The notes beneath the pieces were generated by a model. The model was not told the DNA's origin and ran no database searches. It was given only the letters and a program-made list of their open reading frames with translations. From an uncultured Acidobacteriota bacterium (GTDB lineage: Bacteria > Acidobacteriota > Thermoanaerobaculia > Multivoradales > JAHEKO01), in contig CAVQNG010000025.1 in assembly GCA_963713825.1 (NCBI GenBank), positions 736,001-800,000 of the forward strand: a stretch of 64,000 nt of DNA, read 5' to 3'. The number at the start of each line of letters is the position of its first letter. The first letter of the stretch is position 1. Below, in pieces: positions 1 through 10,187 of the stretch. Both the position numbers and the translations under genes were made by a program.

Positions 1-876
1 TCCGCGACGGAATACTACGATCCCGACAATGAGCTCCTGGATGTCTCCTTGCCCGTTCGCCTCGACCCGGCGGGAAGGTTCGAGTTCTACATTCCGGTTG
101 TCGAGGGCGCGACCGGCTGCGTGGCGCTCGAGGATTGCGCCTGGAAGACGATCGATTCGCCCTTGGAGAATCTGGGTTTTTACCGCACTCTGATGCTCGA
201 CGGCTGCTTGATGCCCGTCACGGTCACCCGTGGTTACACGGATAGTACCAACACGCTTTCGGCGACTGCGGCCGGCTACCTGGTCGACGCAGACCTGGGC
301 CATTTGATCTGTGGAATGGTCGACGGAGAGCTGGTACCCGATGAGCATCCGGAAAGCCTCGACATGTTGATGGCAGCGGCCTTCTGGGGAGGAGCCGCTG
401 ACAAGACGAGCCCGGTGGCCCTTGACGAGTTCATCAACGCGAACACCTACCTGGGGATCAACTCGTACGTAAGAGTCGGGGGGACCAAGAAGAAGCCGGA
501 GTTGGAATTCACCTACTTCGACTTCACTCCCTTCAGTTATGACCGCGCTGCTACCCATCCCGCGGGAGGAGTGGATCCAGGAGAGGGTTTGCCGCCCATT
601 CCGTCGAGTGCCACGGTCTTGGGGCTTGCGACAGAGGAGCCGACGTTCGAAATTGTCACTCCTTTGATTCTGTTCTCGGGATCTCCTCCTGGAGTAGATC
701 TGGAGACTGTCGCAGTCCCGGTCTGCAGGGATGGAGTGATGCTCGGGCCCTGCCTCGGCGGCTCCGGGGATGAAGGCCATTGCGGGCCGGCGAACTACTT
801 CGAACAGGCCACGGAAGATGCTCGCAAGATCGTCTGGTTCGTCCACAACTGGCACATTCCAGAGATCGCGTACTGA
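1..876 (+). CDS. Uncharacterised protein, 5'-truncated by window edge; paralog of the 1316-2782 protein
   Basis: Frame open from position 1. It shares blocks with the next gene: LDPAGR/RNAAGR, IDSPLENL/LDSPVENM, AAAFWGGAADK/AASLLGTAASK, DARKIVWFVHN/DAIRSVQFIHN. Confidence 0.8.
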   Translation, partial: SATEYYDPDNELLDVSLPVRLDPAGRFEFYIPVVEGATGCVALEDCAWKTIDSPLENLGFYRTLMLDGCLMPVTVTRGYTDSTNTLSATAAGYLVDADLGHLICGMVDGELVPDEHPESLDMLMAAAFWGGAADKTSPVALDEFINANTYLGINSYVRVGGTKKKPELEFTYFDFTPFSYDRAATHPAGGVDPGEGLPPIPSSATVLGLATEEPTFEIVTPLILFSGSPPGVDLETVAVPVCRDGVMLGPCLGGSGDEGHCGPANYFEQATEDARKIVWFVHNWHIPEIAY

Positions 877-1315
877 AACAAGCTGTCCAATCGGGCGTTC
901 GCCTCGCTCGATCGCCAGGTGGCGGAGCCTTTTGAAGGCCCCGCCGCCTCTGCGTTGGGAAGACTCGGCAGTCGAACCCGTCAAGTTGCTTGATCTGCCG
1001 AACGTCGATCTCAGGAACCGGACTGACAAAGATGTCAGCAGGTCGGTTGCGTATTGGTACCGGACCGCCGCCGGTGGCAGCTATCTGCTCGTCCGTAAGA
1101 CTTGATTGCAGGATAGAGCAGTTGATTCGCTCTCCATGTAGCCTGTAAATAGTTACAAATAAGGCACTTAAGCTGAATGACTTGCGACGTACTACATGGT
1201 CATGTTTGGCGTAGTCTGCTGGCTCGCTGCTTGCTACGGAGGTCTCCACCGACATCGAGCAAGGGCTGCGAGTGGGAGGTCGATGCAATCGTTTCAGCAG
1301 GAAGGAGGAGGCACG

Positions 1316-2782
1316 ATGCGAACCTGGAGAGTTGGATGGATGATTGTGACGGCCGCGGTGCTGCTCCCGGCGGTCCCGGCGATCGCGCAGGATCACGGCA
1401 GCGGCGGTCACGGTGGTGGTAGTGGCGGCGGTTGTGGCGACCTGTTCGGCGATCTGATCCATATTCTGCGTGACGATGTCACCGGTCAGCCCATACTGGC
1501 GAAACGCTGGATAGAGATGCCGAAGGAAATACCGGGATACGGCTGGGGCTACTGCCCGATCCCAGTGGACATCGACGGGGTGGAGCTCGGCTTTGCCCCC
1601 CTGAGCTGTGACGTCGATCCGGCGGACGAGGCCAGGGTCGTGGAGGTCGACTACTTCGGCCGTCTTAGCGGCGGGCGCGTCAAAGAGCGCAACATCCGCA
1701 TGCACTTCGACGAGGTGATTCGCAAGATCCGCCACTCGGAGGTCGTCGACCGAAACGCGGCAGGACGATTGAAGATGGGTGAGGGTTGCGATCTGGGCAG
1801 CGATCCGATCACCTGTTCTTTGTGGATCGAGCTCGACTCGCCCGTGGAGAACATGGCCGTCTTCCATCGCCTGATGAAGTACGGCCATTTCCAGACGGAT
1901 CCCAACGAGGAGGATCTCTGGGCCCATGGGGATCCTGCGGCGGGTACGGAGTACCACCCAGCGCTGCGGGCCAACGATTGGGGGAAATTCGTCGGCGAGC
2001 TGGTTCACTTGGTACCAGGAAAAGTCGGTGAGGAGGCGGAGTGCTTCTACCCCAACCCCGACTCGCTAGCTCCACCGGACGTGCCCTTCAATCCGCAGTG
2101 CGCAGTGCCACACAGGTTGAAGAAGCATGACTTCAATCAAGCGGCCTCGCTCCTTGGCACGGCAGCGAGCAAGGACGGTTGGGTGACCGACCACCTGGTC
2201 CAGTACCTCGGGCGCATCCTCAGGCTCACTGTCGATACAACCGACAATCCGTCAGGCGGTAGCCTGCCGACCAAGAAGACCCTGCCGGCCCTGGTCCGGG
2301 AATGCCAAGTGGAAGCTGGCTGGGACCCCGATCCCGATTCGGAGGATCAAGTCGAGCCGCCGTATGTTTTCACCGACTGCGAGGTCGTCGAGGCGATTCC
2401 TGCCATGGAGAACTACGAGCTGTTCGTCGATCTGCAGGAGGAGTTCGTCGACTTCGGCAAAGTGAATTTCAAACGCTGGCAGCGCTATCGCGACGAAGCG
2501 GGAATTCCCCTCGAAGTCGCTGTCATCGAGCCCCTGGGCTGGGTGCAGGAGCCCTGCGACTTCGATCCGGGTTCCGAAGAGCCCTATTGCGCAGCAGCGT
2601 CCTGGATGCCGGTGCAGGATCCTGGCGTACCGCTGATCGAGTGGCTTCGCTCTGTCAACTCCGGATTGGGTAGTGGCAGGGACATCGACGGCTTCGTCAA
2701 GGCTACGAACGACGCCATCCGTTCGGTACAGTTCATCCATAACTACCGCATCCCAGTCGACCTTTGGGACTTCGACTACTGA
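1316..2782 (+). CDS. Uncharacterised exported acidic, Cys-rich protein
   Basis: GGAGGAGG RBS before ATG 1316; Sec signal ending AIA-Q; His/Gly linker followed by GDLFGDL; paralogous to the upstream gene. Confidence 0.85.
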   Translation: MRTWRVGWMIVTAAVLLPAVPAIAQDHGSGGHGGGSGGGCGDLFGDLIHILRDDVTGQPILAKRWIEMPKEIPGYGWGYCPIPVDIDGVELGFAPLSCDVDPADEARVVEVDYFGRLSGGRVKERNIRMHFDEVIRKIRHSEVVDRNAAGRLKMGEGCDLGSDPITCSLWIELDSPVENMAVFHRLMKYGHFQTDPNEEDLWAHGDPAAGTEYHPALRANDWGKFVGELVHLVPGKVGEEAECFYPNPDSLAPPDVPFNPQCAVPHRLKKHDFNQAASLLGTAASKDGWVTDHLVQYLGRILRLTVDTTDNPSGGSLPTKKTLPALVRECQVEAGWDPDPDSEDQVEPPYVFTDCEVVEAIPAMENYELFVDLQEEFVDFGKVNFKRWQRYRDEAGIPLEVAVIEPLGWVQEPCDFDPGSEEPYCAAASWMPVQDPGVPLIEWLRSVNSGLGSGRDIDGFVKATNDAIRSVQFIHNYRIPVDLWDFDY

Positions 2783-2904
2783 AGCGGCGGCAATCCGGTG
2801 CTCCGCTGGTCTGGGAGTGCTGCTGATCCGGGCCGGGGGTTCTCCAACCTTCGGCCCGCTGTTCTTGTGGCAACGCTCCGGGGACGTCTCGGGTTCGGGC
2901 TCGG

Positions 2905-4236
2905 TCAGTGTTCCCTCAGTCGTCGGTAGAGGGTGCGCTCCGAGATTCCCAGCCGATCAGCCAGCTGGGCGCGCGAGCCGTCGAAGCGACTGCCCATCCA
3001 TTGGATGTAGCGGGTTTCGACATCGTCGAGAGATAGGATTCGGTCGATGTCGATGGGGATCGGCATCTCGCAGCCCACGTTTGTGTCGTTCGTCCCGATC
3101 AGGGGCAGGTGCTCCCGGTCGATGCGGCCGCTATCGCTGAGTAGGCAGGCGCGTTCCAGCATGTTATGCAGCTCGCGAACATTGCCTGGGAAGCTGTGAG
3201 ACCGCAGCACCTCGAGGGCCTCGTCGGTCAGGTGGCAGTGGCCGCCGCAGCCCAGGCGATCGAAGATGCAAGCGGCCAGCAACGGAATGTCCTCCCATCT
3301 CTCGCGCAGCGTCGGCAGGTGGATCGGAAAGGCACTGATCCGATAGTAGAGGTCTTCGCGGAACTGCTCGGCCTCGACCAGCTTCGTCAGGTCGCGGTGG
3401 GTAGCGCAGACCAATCGGAAGTCGGAGCGCCGCTGCTCGACGCTGCCGACCCGCCGAAAGGTGCCAGTTTCGAGCAGTCGCAGCAGCTTGACCTGCAGCG
3501 ACAGCGGAATGTCCCCCACTTCGTCGAGGAAGAGGGTGCCCTCGTTGGCCACCTCGACCAGACCTCGCTTGCGCTCATGAGCCCCGGTGAAGGAGCCCTT
3601 TTCGTGGCCAAAGAGCTCGCTCTCGAACAGTGTTTCGGTGAGCCCCGAGCAGTCCAGGGGTACGAAGGGACCGCTGCTCCGTGAGCTCAACGAGTGAACC
3701 GCACGGGACACCAGATCCTTGCCGGTACCCGATTCGCCGAGCAGCAGCACCGTCGTCGGGGTGTCAGCGACCCGCGTTACGAGGTCGAGCATGCGCTCGA
3801 AGGCGGGTGATCGCCCGACCATCTGTCCGTCTCGAGAGGACTTGAGGCTGGCGATCTGTTGCGGGGCCAGCACCTCCAGATAGAAGCGGATTCGGCCACG
3901 GTTGTCGCAGAGCGGATGCACGGTGACCGACTCGTGTTGCTCGCCTTCGGCGGTGTGGTGGATGTGCAGCGCCGGACACCGCGTGCCGCTGGCTCGGGCT
4001 CCGGCCAGGGGACAGCTTTCGCCGAGCTGGTCGCAGGGAATCCTGTAGTGGTGAGAGACCTCGTAGCAGTGCTTACCACAGACCCGATCGCCCTCCGCGA
4101 AGTGTTCGCGGTAGGCCTGGTTGGCAGCGACGATCTGATGTTCATCGTTGATGATGACCGCCGGCTCGCGAAGCCCCTCGAGCACCGAGGGCAGCGTGAC
4201 GTCCGAGAGGGGGGAGATTCTGTTGCTATCGATCAT
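2905..4236 (-). CDS. PAS-domain sigma-54-dependent transcriptional activator (Fis-type HTH)
   Basis: Walker [41 protein letters not shown]-terminal [15 protein letters not shown]. Confidence 0.95.
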   Translation of the reverse strand: MIDSNRISPLSDVTLPSVLEGLREPAVIINDEHQIVAANQAYREHFAEGDRVCGKHCYEVSHHYRIPCDQLGESCPLAGARASGTRCPALHIHHTAEGEQHESVTVHPLCDNRGRIRFYLEVLAPQQIASLKSSRDGQMVGRSPAFERMLDLVTRVADTPTTVLLLGESGTGKDLVSRAVHSLSSRSSGPFVPLDCSGLTETLFESELFGHEKGSFTGAHERKRGLVEVANEGTLFLDEVGDIPLSLQVKLLRLLETGTFRRVGSVEQRRSDFRLVCATHRDLTKLVEAEQFREDLYYRISAFPIHLPTLRERWEDIPLLAACIFDRLGCGGHCHLTDEALEVLRSHSFPGNVRELHNMLERACLLSDSGRIDREHLPLIGTNDTNVGCEMPIPIDIDRILSLDDVETRYIQWMGSRFDGSRAQLADRLGISERTLYRRLREH

Positions 4237-4245
4237 GTTTGACTC

Positions 4246-4710
4246 TCAGCGGCCGGGGCCGTTGCCTCTCTGCCCGTGTCCGCCGCGTCCCCCCATCGCT
4301 CCCTGACCGGGACCCCCCTGCCAGGCGCCGACGCCATCCCAGAGCGGGATACGGTGGAGCGTGCGCAGGCGCAGCATGGTGTGGCGGGTCAGGTTCTGGA
4401 CCTTGTGCACCTTGGCGGGTCCATCATCGGCTGGGAAGACTCGAGCTTGTATCTGGTCCCCCTGTTCGACCTGGAAATCAACTTCATCTAGGGCGGCTTT
4501 GGGTGCCAGCAGGAGGTCCATTTTCTTCCCCTCTGCTCCCGTGGGTGCGAGGGTTACCGACAGGACTTCGAGATCGCCCTCACCCGGTGCCGATGCGACG
4601 CTCAGAACCGTGCCCTCGACCGTGATGAGCGAGGAGCGCAGATCGTCCTTGGAGCTGGCCCCGATCAGCATGAGCACCGCAAGGCAGATTGCTGCAAATC
4701 GGAGCCTCAT
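4246..4710 (-). CDS. Exported OB-fold-like protein with Gly-rich tail
   Basis: ATG at 4710 overlaps the upstream TGA (ATGA). Signal peptide MRLRFAAICLAVL; TVEGTV...GDQIQARV...LR...PLW pattern resembles small MamS/MamX-like OB-fold proteins (recall, unverified). Confidence 0.7.
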   Translation of the reverse strand: MRLRFAAICLAVLMLIGASSKDDLRSSLITVEGTVLSVASAPGEGDLEVLSVTLAPTGAEGKKMDLLLAPKAALDEVDFQVEQGDQIQARVFPADDGPAKVHKVQNLTRHTMLRLRTLHRIPLWDGVGAWQGGPGQGAMGGRGGHGQRGNGPGR

Positions 4711-5621
4711 CGCACGGGTCCCCGGGTACCTACGGTTGGTGTCGAGACACCGAAGGAAGTGCCGAAGAGAATCGTGAAGTCCTGAGCGGCGTCCGTTAGC
4801 CCGAGAGTAGTGAGAAGGCGCCAGCGCATCTTGCCAAGACTGCGCAGGCCGAAGCCCAATGCCGCCCTTGAGCCCAGGCCATCGACGACTTCGGGATTGC
4901 CCTCCACCCAACCCGACAGGATCAACCGGCCGCCCAGTGGTTCACTCTCGACACCGACGTAGCCCTCGACAACGTCGTTCAGGGTCTGCCAATCGGGATC
5001 GCCCAGGTAGTTCCAGCCGAAACCGCCGAAGCCCGTGGCGGACCAGAACCGGTACTCACTTGTCAGACCGAGGTAGGCGTCCCACTCGCCGGTGCCGAGC
5101 CCTTCGTCGGGATCGGCGGTCGGTACCTTCACTTGCGCTCCGAGATCCATTCGAAAGACCTTGGCACCACCTCCCATCAGGCGCCGGCTGCCAGCCAATC
5201 GAACATCTCCCAGGCCGGAGACCCACTCGTCCTCGACGGTGGTGACCGGGTCCGAGGTCTGGCCGTCGCTCGAGTCGGATCCGGTGCCCCCGGCCGAGCC
5301 GTTGCCGGAATTCGAAGAGATCTGGCTGGCGCTCTGCCCGCCAGATCCGTGCGGTCCTCGCGGCTTTCCCGGTACCGGTCCCTGTCCACTCGGGATGGGT
5401 GCGCCGAGTTCCTTCCGCAGAAAGCCGACGTCGGCTCTGAACTGGTACTTGTCGCCGGTCACGAAGGTGAGCTGGCCAGCTTGGGCAGCGGTATCAGTGT
5501 CGGTACCATAGCTCGCCTGCGTGATTCCACCCAGTAGGAAGAGCTCACCACTGAAAGCGACTACTGGGGTCGACGCCAGCAGGGCCGCGACGATGAGGAG
5601 AACGACAGTTTTGTCAGACAT
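4707..5621 (-). CDS. Putative outer-membrane beta-barrel (MetA-pathway/transporter-like) protein
   Basis: Signal peptide from ATG 5621; SGLGDV...KVPTAD...GLGTGEWD motif typical of this family; alternating beta strands; Gly/Ser-rich insert. Confidence 0.7.
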   Translation of the reverse strand: MSDKTVVLLIVAALLASTPVVAFSGELFLLGGITQASYGTDTDTAAQAGQLTFVTGDKYQFRADVGFLRKELGAPIPSGQGPVPGKPRGPHGSGGQSASQISSNSGNGSAGGTGSDSSDGQTSDPVTTVEDEWVSGLGDVRLAGSRRLMGGGAKVFRMDLGAQVKVPTADPDEGLGTGEWDAYLGLTSEYRFWSATGFGGFGWNYLGDPDWQTLNDVVEGYVGVESEPLGGRLILSGWVEGNPEVVDGLGSRAALGFGLRSLGKMRWRLLTTLGLTDAAQDFTILFGTSFGVSTPTVGTRGPVR

Positions 5622-5677
5622 GATCGATTCAGCGGGTCGTCGAGCAAGATCGAGTGTCGAATACGGCATACAGCACC

Positions 5678-5692
5678 GCAATTCCTGTGCCA
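5678..5692 (-). promoter_or_regulatory. Sigma-54 (-24/-12) promoter for the 5621-4246 genes
   Basis: Minus strand reads TGGCACAGGAATTGC, matching TGGCAC-N5-TTGC, about 57 bp upstream of ATG 5621. Confidence 0.85.
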
Positions 5693-5730
5693 TCCTGAGC
5701 CCTCGATTCGACACCTTCGAGCGCCCGATG

Positions 5731-5760
5731 TTCGACAATTTCGTCGAATACGGTCCTCGG

Positions 5761-5778
<18 letters not shown>
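5731..5778. promoter_or_regulatory. Candidate tandem enhancer (UAS) sites
   Basis: TTCGACAATTTCGTCGAA palindrome, then TACGACGATTCTTGCCG 31 bp later; the same pair occurs at 9547-9594. Confidence 0.6.
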
Positions 5779-7134
<1,356 letters not shown>

Positions 7135-7145
7135 GCCTCTGCCTT

Positions 7146-8762
7146 TCAGTCGATTGGGAGCTTCATCACCGCTTCTGCTCCGCCATCTTCGAGATTGACT
7201 AGGGTCACCGATCCTCCATGGTCCTCGGCAACCCGCTTGACCAGTGCCAAGCCAAGCCCGGTGCCGGAATCTCGGCCCGTCACGAAGGGATCGAAAAACC
7301 TGCCGTCCAACTCCGGGTCGAGCCCTGGTCCCTGGTCCTGAATGCGAATCAGTGCCATGCCGTTGTGCTCTGCCGCTTGCACGGCAATCCGCCCCCCAGA
7401 GGGGCTAGCCTGAATAGCGTTGCGAATGAGGTTGATCATGGCTCTGTGGATGGATTGCCGGTCAATCCTCGCGGAAGCCGAGCCGGAGACCTCCTCGAGC
7501 AGCACGCCTCGATCGGCAGCTTCTTCGGACATCAGGTCCAAGACCTCCCGCGCGATGGTCACCAGATCGGTTTCGGAGCGCCGGTCGGACACCGGGCTCG
7601 CCAATTCGAGAAAACCCCGCAGAACTCCTTCGAGGCGGCCAATCTCTGCCCGAATGCGACCGGCAATGCGCCGCAACTCGGTGTTGTCGGGCAACTTTCT
7701 CTCGAGGCGTTGAGCTGCCAGGCCGATGGCGTTCATCGGGCTCCGAACTTCGTGGGCCATTCCCGCCGTCAAGGCACCGGCGGCAGCCAGTCGCTCGCTG
7801 CGACGTCGTGCAGTCTCGGCCTCGGCTAGCCGTTGACTGGCCTCCTCACGCTCACGGGCGCGCAGTCGACTGACGACGGCGAACCCGGCCGCGCTGACGG
7901 CGAAGCCGGTCAGGATCAGCCCGAGTAACAGGGACCTCCACATGGTCTGCGAGGCCGTTCGTTGGAGTCCGCTACCGTCCAAGCCGACGCGTAGGGCAGC
8001 GCTGGTTCCGGCCGGTGATTCGATGGGCATTTCCACTTCTAGAGCGGTCTGCCCGCGGAGATCGAAGAGTCGCTGGTTCGATGGCGGCCTCGGTGGCACG
8101 GCGCCATCGTCCCAGGCGACGTCGACCACATTCCCAGAAGGTTCCTCGCGATAGCTGAGGTAGAGCACCCCTCCTGCGCCTACCAGTCTTTGCAGCAGGT
8201 TCTCGACCCCGAGCCGACGCGCGAAGGTTCGGGCCGTAGACGGATGAACTCGGACCAGCACTACGCCTCCGGAGGGCGTTCGCACAGCAGCGCCCAGATG
8301 CTCGACACCGTCTTCGAGTGAGGTGCCCAGAACAACCTCATCGGCGTCTTTGTTGAAGAGGTCTTGTAGCTCGTCTTTGACCCTTTCGGGCACCCCTTCC
8401 CCCAGGAGCTGGCGTTCTTGCTGGTCTGAGTCATAGAAGACGACCGAGTCGAGGCCGTTGTTGGCCGCCAGATCTTCGAGCAGCTCCTGGTCGTCTCTCC
8501 CAGCCTGTCGCAGCTCCGCCAGGAGGCGCGCGTTGTCGAGCATCTTCCAGGCAATGATCTCGTCGAGCTCGCGGCTGGCATGGGATGCGGCCACCAGCCC
8601 TGGTCCGAGCGACCTCGCCAGGACGGTGGCTTGTGCGGTGAGCGCTGCCTGGACCTGGCTGCGCTGATGGCGCGCTTCGAGGATAGTCCAGCTGAATAGC
8701 AGGACAGCCAGCAGCAGGGAGAAGACAACTAAGGTACGGGCGCGAGCTGGGCTCACGGGCAC
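7146..8762 (-). CDS. Membrane sensor histidine kinase
   Basis: Two TM segments flank a periplasmic domain; H-box AHEVRSP, N-box NLIRNA, DQGPG, GTGLGL. Confidence 0.95.
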   Translation of the reverse strand: MPVSPARARTLVVFSLLLAVLLFSWTILEARHQRSQVQAALTAQATVLARSLGPGLVAASHASRELDEIIAWKMLDNARLLAELRQAGRDDQELLEDLAANNGLDSVVFYDSDQQERQLLGEGVPERVKDELQDLFNKDADEVVLGTSLEDGVEHLGAAVRTPSGGVVLVRVHPSTARTFARRLGVENLLQRLVGAGGVLYLSYREEPSGNVVDVAWDDGAVPPRPPSNQRLFDLRGQTALEVEMPIESPAGTSAALRVGLDGSGLQRTASQTMWRSLLLGLILTGFAVSAAGFAVVSRLRAREREEASQRLAEAETARRRSERLAAAGALTAGMAHEVRSPMNAIGLAAQRLERKLPDNTELRRIAGRIRAEIGRLEGVLRGFLELASPVSDRRSETDLVTIAREVLDLMSEEAADRGVLLEEVSGSASARIDRQSIHRAMINLIRNAIQASPSGGRIAVQAAEHNGMALIRIQDQGPGLDPELDGRFFDPFVTGRDSGTGLGLALVKRVAEDHGGSVTLVNLEDGGAEAVMKLPID

Positions 8763-8799
8763 ATCCTAGCGCGCTGTCGGGGTTCGAGCGAAGCGCAGA

Positions 8800-8829
8800 A
8801 AGGCAAAGGGGGCGGTGCCGACCGCCCCC
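8800..8829 (-). terminator. Intrinsic terminator after the 9381-8860 gene
   Basis: GGGGGCGGT/ACCGCCCCC 9-bp stem at 8808-8829, followed on the minus strand by TTTGCCTTT. Confidence 0.65.
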
Positions 8830-8859
8830 GAGCTCGTGTTGTGTGTGCTGCTGATCGTG

Positions 8860-9381
8860 TCAACCTCTGCCGTTGCCGCCGCGGTTTCCACCACCGCCAC
8901 CGCCTCCACCACGGTTGCCGCCACCCTGGCCTCCGCCCTGGCAGTTGCCGTTTCCAGTCCCCTGGTTGTTCCCACGCTGATGTCCCGCTCCGGAGCCATC
9001 CCGGAGCCGCTGCTGGGTCCCGACCATCTGGCCACCCTGGTTCTTGTAAGAGCTCATCTGTCTGTTGCGTTTCACCTTCATCGATTGCACCTGTCCAGCC
9101 TGGCCCCCAGATCCCTGCATGACCCGGGCCCGAACCTGGTCTCCGACCTGCACGCAATCGGCGCACTGGCCTGCTCGACCCAGCCTCAGCTGCATCTCCT
9201 CGCCCTGTCGGGTTCTGATGGTGAAGTGATCGAACTCGCCATCGTTCTGGGTCTGTTGCTGCTGTTGGAGTTGGATCACCTCTCCTCGCACCTTCTGGGT
9301 ACTCTCCTGAGCCGAGAGGGGGAGGGTGGTGTAGAGGGCCGCCACGATTATCAGGGTCATGATCTTTGCTGCTCGTTTCAT
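8860..9381 (-). CDS. Exported OB-fold-like protein with Gln/Gly/Asn-rich tail
   Basis: GGAGG RBS, ATG 9381, signal ending LSA-Q; VRGEV...VGDQVRARV resembles the 4246-4710 protein; CADC motif; RGGGGG tail. Confidence 0.8.
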   Translation of the reverse strand: MKRAAKIMTLIIVAALYTTLPLSAQESTQKVRGEVIQLQQQQQTQNDGEFDHFTIRTRQGEEMQLRLGRAGQCADCVQVGDQVRARVMQGSGGQAGQVQSMKVKRNRQMSSYKNQGGQMVGTQQRLRDGSGAGHQRGNNQGTGNGNCQGGGQGGGNRGGGGGGGGNRGGNGRG

Positions 9382-9455
9382 GGTTTCGTTCCTCCGCATT
9401 TCCGCAGTGGGTCTGGTTTGTGAGTCCTCTTTCATGCCCATCAACGGTGGGATAT

Positions 9456-9471
9456 AGCAGAGTTCGTGCCA
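9456..9471 (-). promoter_or_regulatory. Sigma-54 (-24/-12) promoter for the 9381 gene
   Basis: Minus strand reads TGGCACGAACTCTGCT (GG-N10-GC). Confidence 0.8.
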
Positions 9472-9546
9472 GATCTTGAGAGCGTTGTAACTGTTGAGTT
9501 GAATGCTACTTATGAGAGAGGCGTCGCGTTCTCGACGCTTTCTCGC

Positions 9547-9594
9547 TTCGACAATCGCGTCGAATGAGAGGCCTGGCTTCGACGGATCTTGCCG
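9547..9594. promoter_or_regulatory. Candidate tandem enhancer (UAS) sites
   Basis: TTCGACAATCGCGTCGAA, then TTCGACGGATCTTGCCG 31 bp later; mirrors 5731-5778. Confidence 0.6.
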
Positions 9595-9662
9595 CCCGGA
9601 TCGGCGTTGGGATCCGGCATGCTCGCTGAGCGAGACGCTTCTTTGCGCCTGCTCTCCCAAGG

Positions 9663-9693
9663 GCTTGTGATTTTCTTCACAAGCTGTTATGAT
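9663..9693 (+). promoter_or_regulatory. Sigma-70 promoter overlapped by a CRP/FNR-type palindrome
   Basis: TTGTGA-17bp-TATGAT with an extended -10 TG; GCTTGTGA-TTTTCT-TCACAAGC contains TGTGA-N6-TCACA. Confidence 0.65.
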
Positions 9694-9699
9694 CCTTTC

Positions 9700-9910
9700 A
9701 AGTTAGCTCGAAAGAGCTGGAGAGTATTGACTGGGAGGTTCCCCTTTCGAAGAGTGTTTTCCTACCAACTCTATCGGAGATCGCAAGATCTCGAACGCCT
9801 CTAGATACTCCTATCCCATTCCCTGGAAATCACCAGGGTAAAGTCGAAACCAACCAACCTACAACGGAACCTCCCAATCCTCTCTCTCCGATCGCAAGAT
9901 CGGAGGGGGA
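9700..9910 (+). ncRNA. Candidate structured ncRNA or cis-leader of unknown family
   Basis: Three GNRA-capped hairpins, an 11-bp long-range stem TGGGAGGTTCC/GGAACCTCCCA, a nested TTTCGA/TCGAAA stem and an upstream promoter; no credible ORF. Confidence 0.6.
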
Positions 9911-10187
9911 GCTCCGCGCTGTCTCCTGAGACCAGCAGAATCAGTGATGGGGCCGGTCGAATTTCTTCTCGCCCGCCTCGATGCGGGCCTCCAGACGGTT
10001 CTGTCTCGGGCAGAGCATCCAGACGCAGAGTCTTCCCGGCTACCGTAAAGATCACCGCGCCCCACGATGTTTGTTGATTGATCGTCCCCATGACATTGGG
10101 GATCGAAGTCAGGAATGCTGCAGTTCGTTGGATTGCCCAGTTCGAGTGCGCCGTCTCTGTCCCAGTCTGGCTTAGACTATCCCAGCG

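Noticed and set aside
1162-1176. Possible sigma-54 promoter AGGCACTTAAGCTGA before gene 1316
   Set aside because: The -12 reads GA instead of GC; too weak to call.
9881-9910. Calling the 3' hairpin an intrinsic terminator
   Set aside because: There is no U-tract after the stem on either strand, so the RNA 3' end is uncertain.
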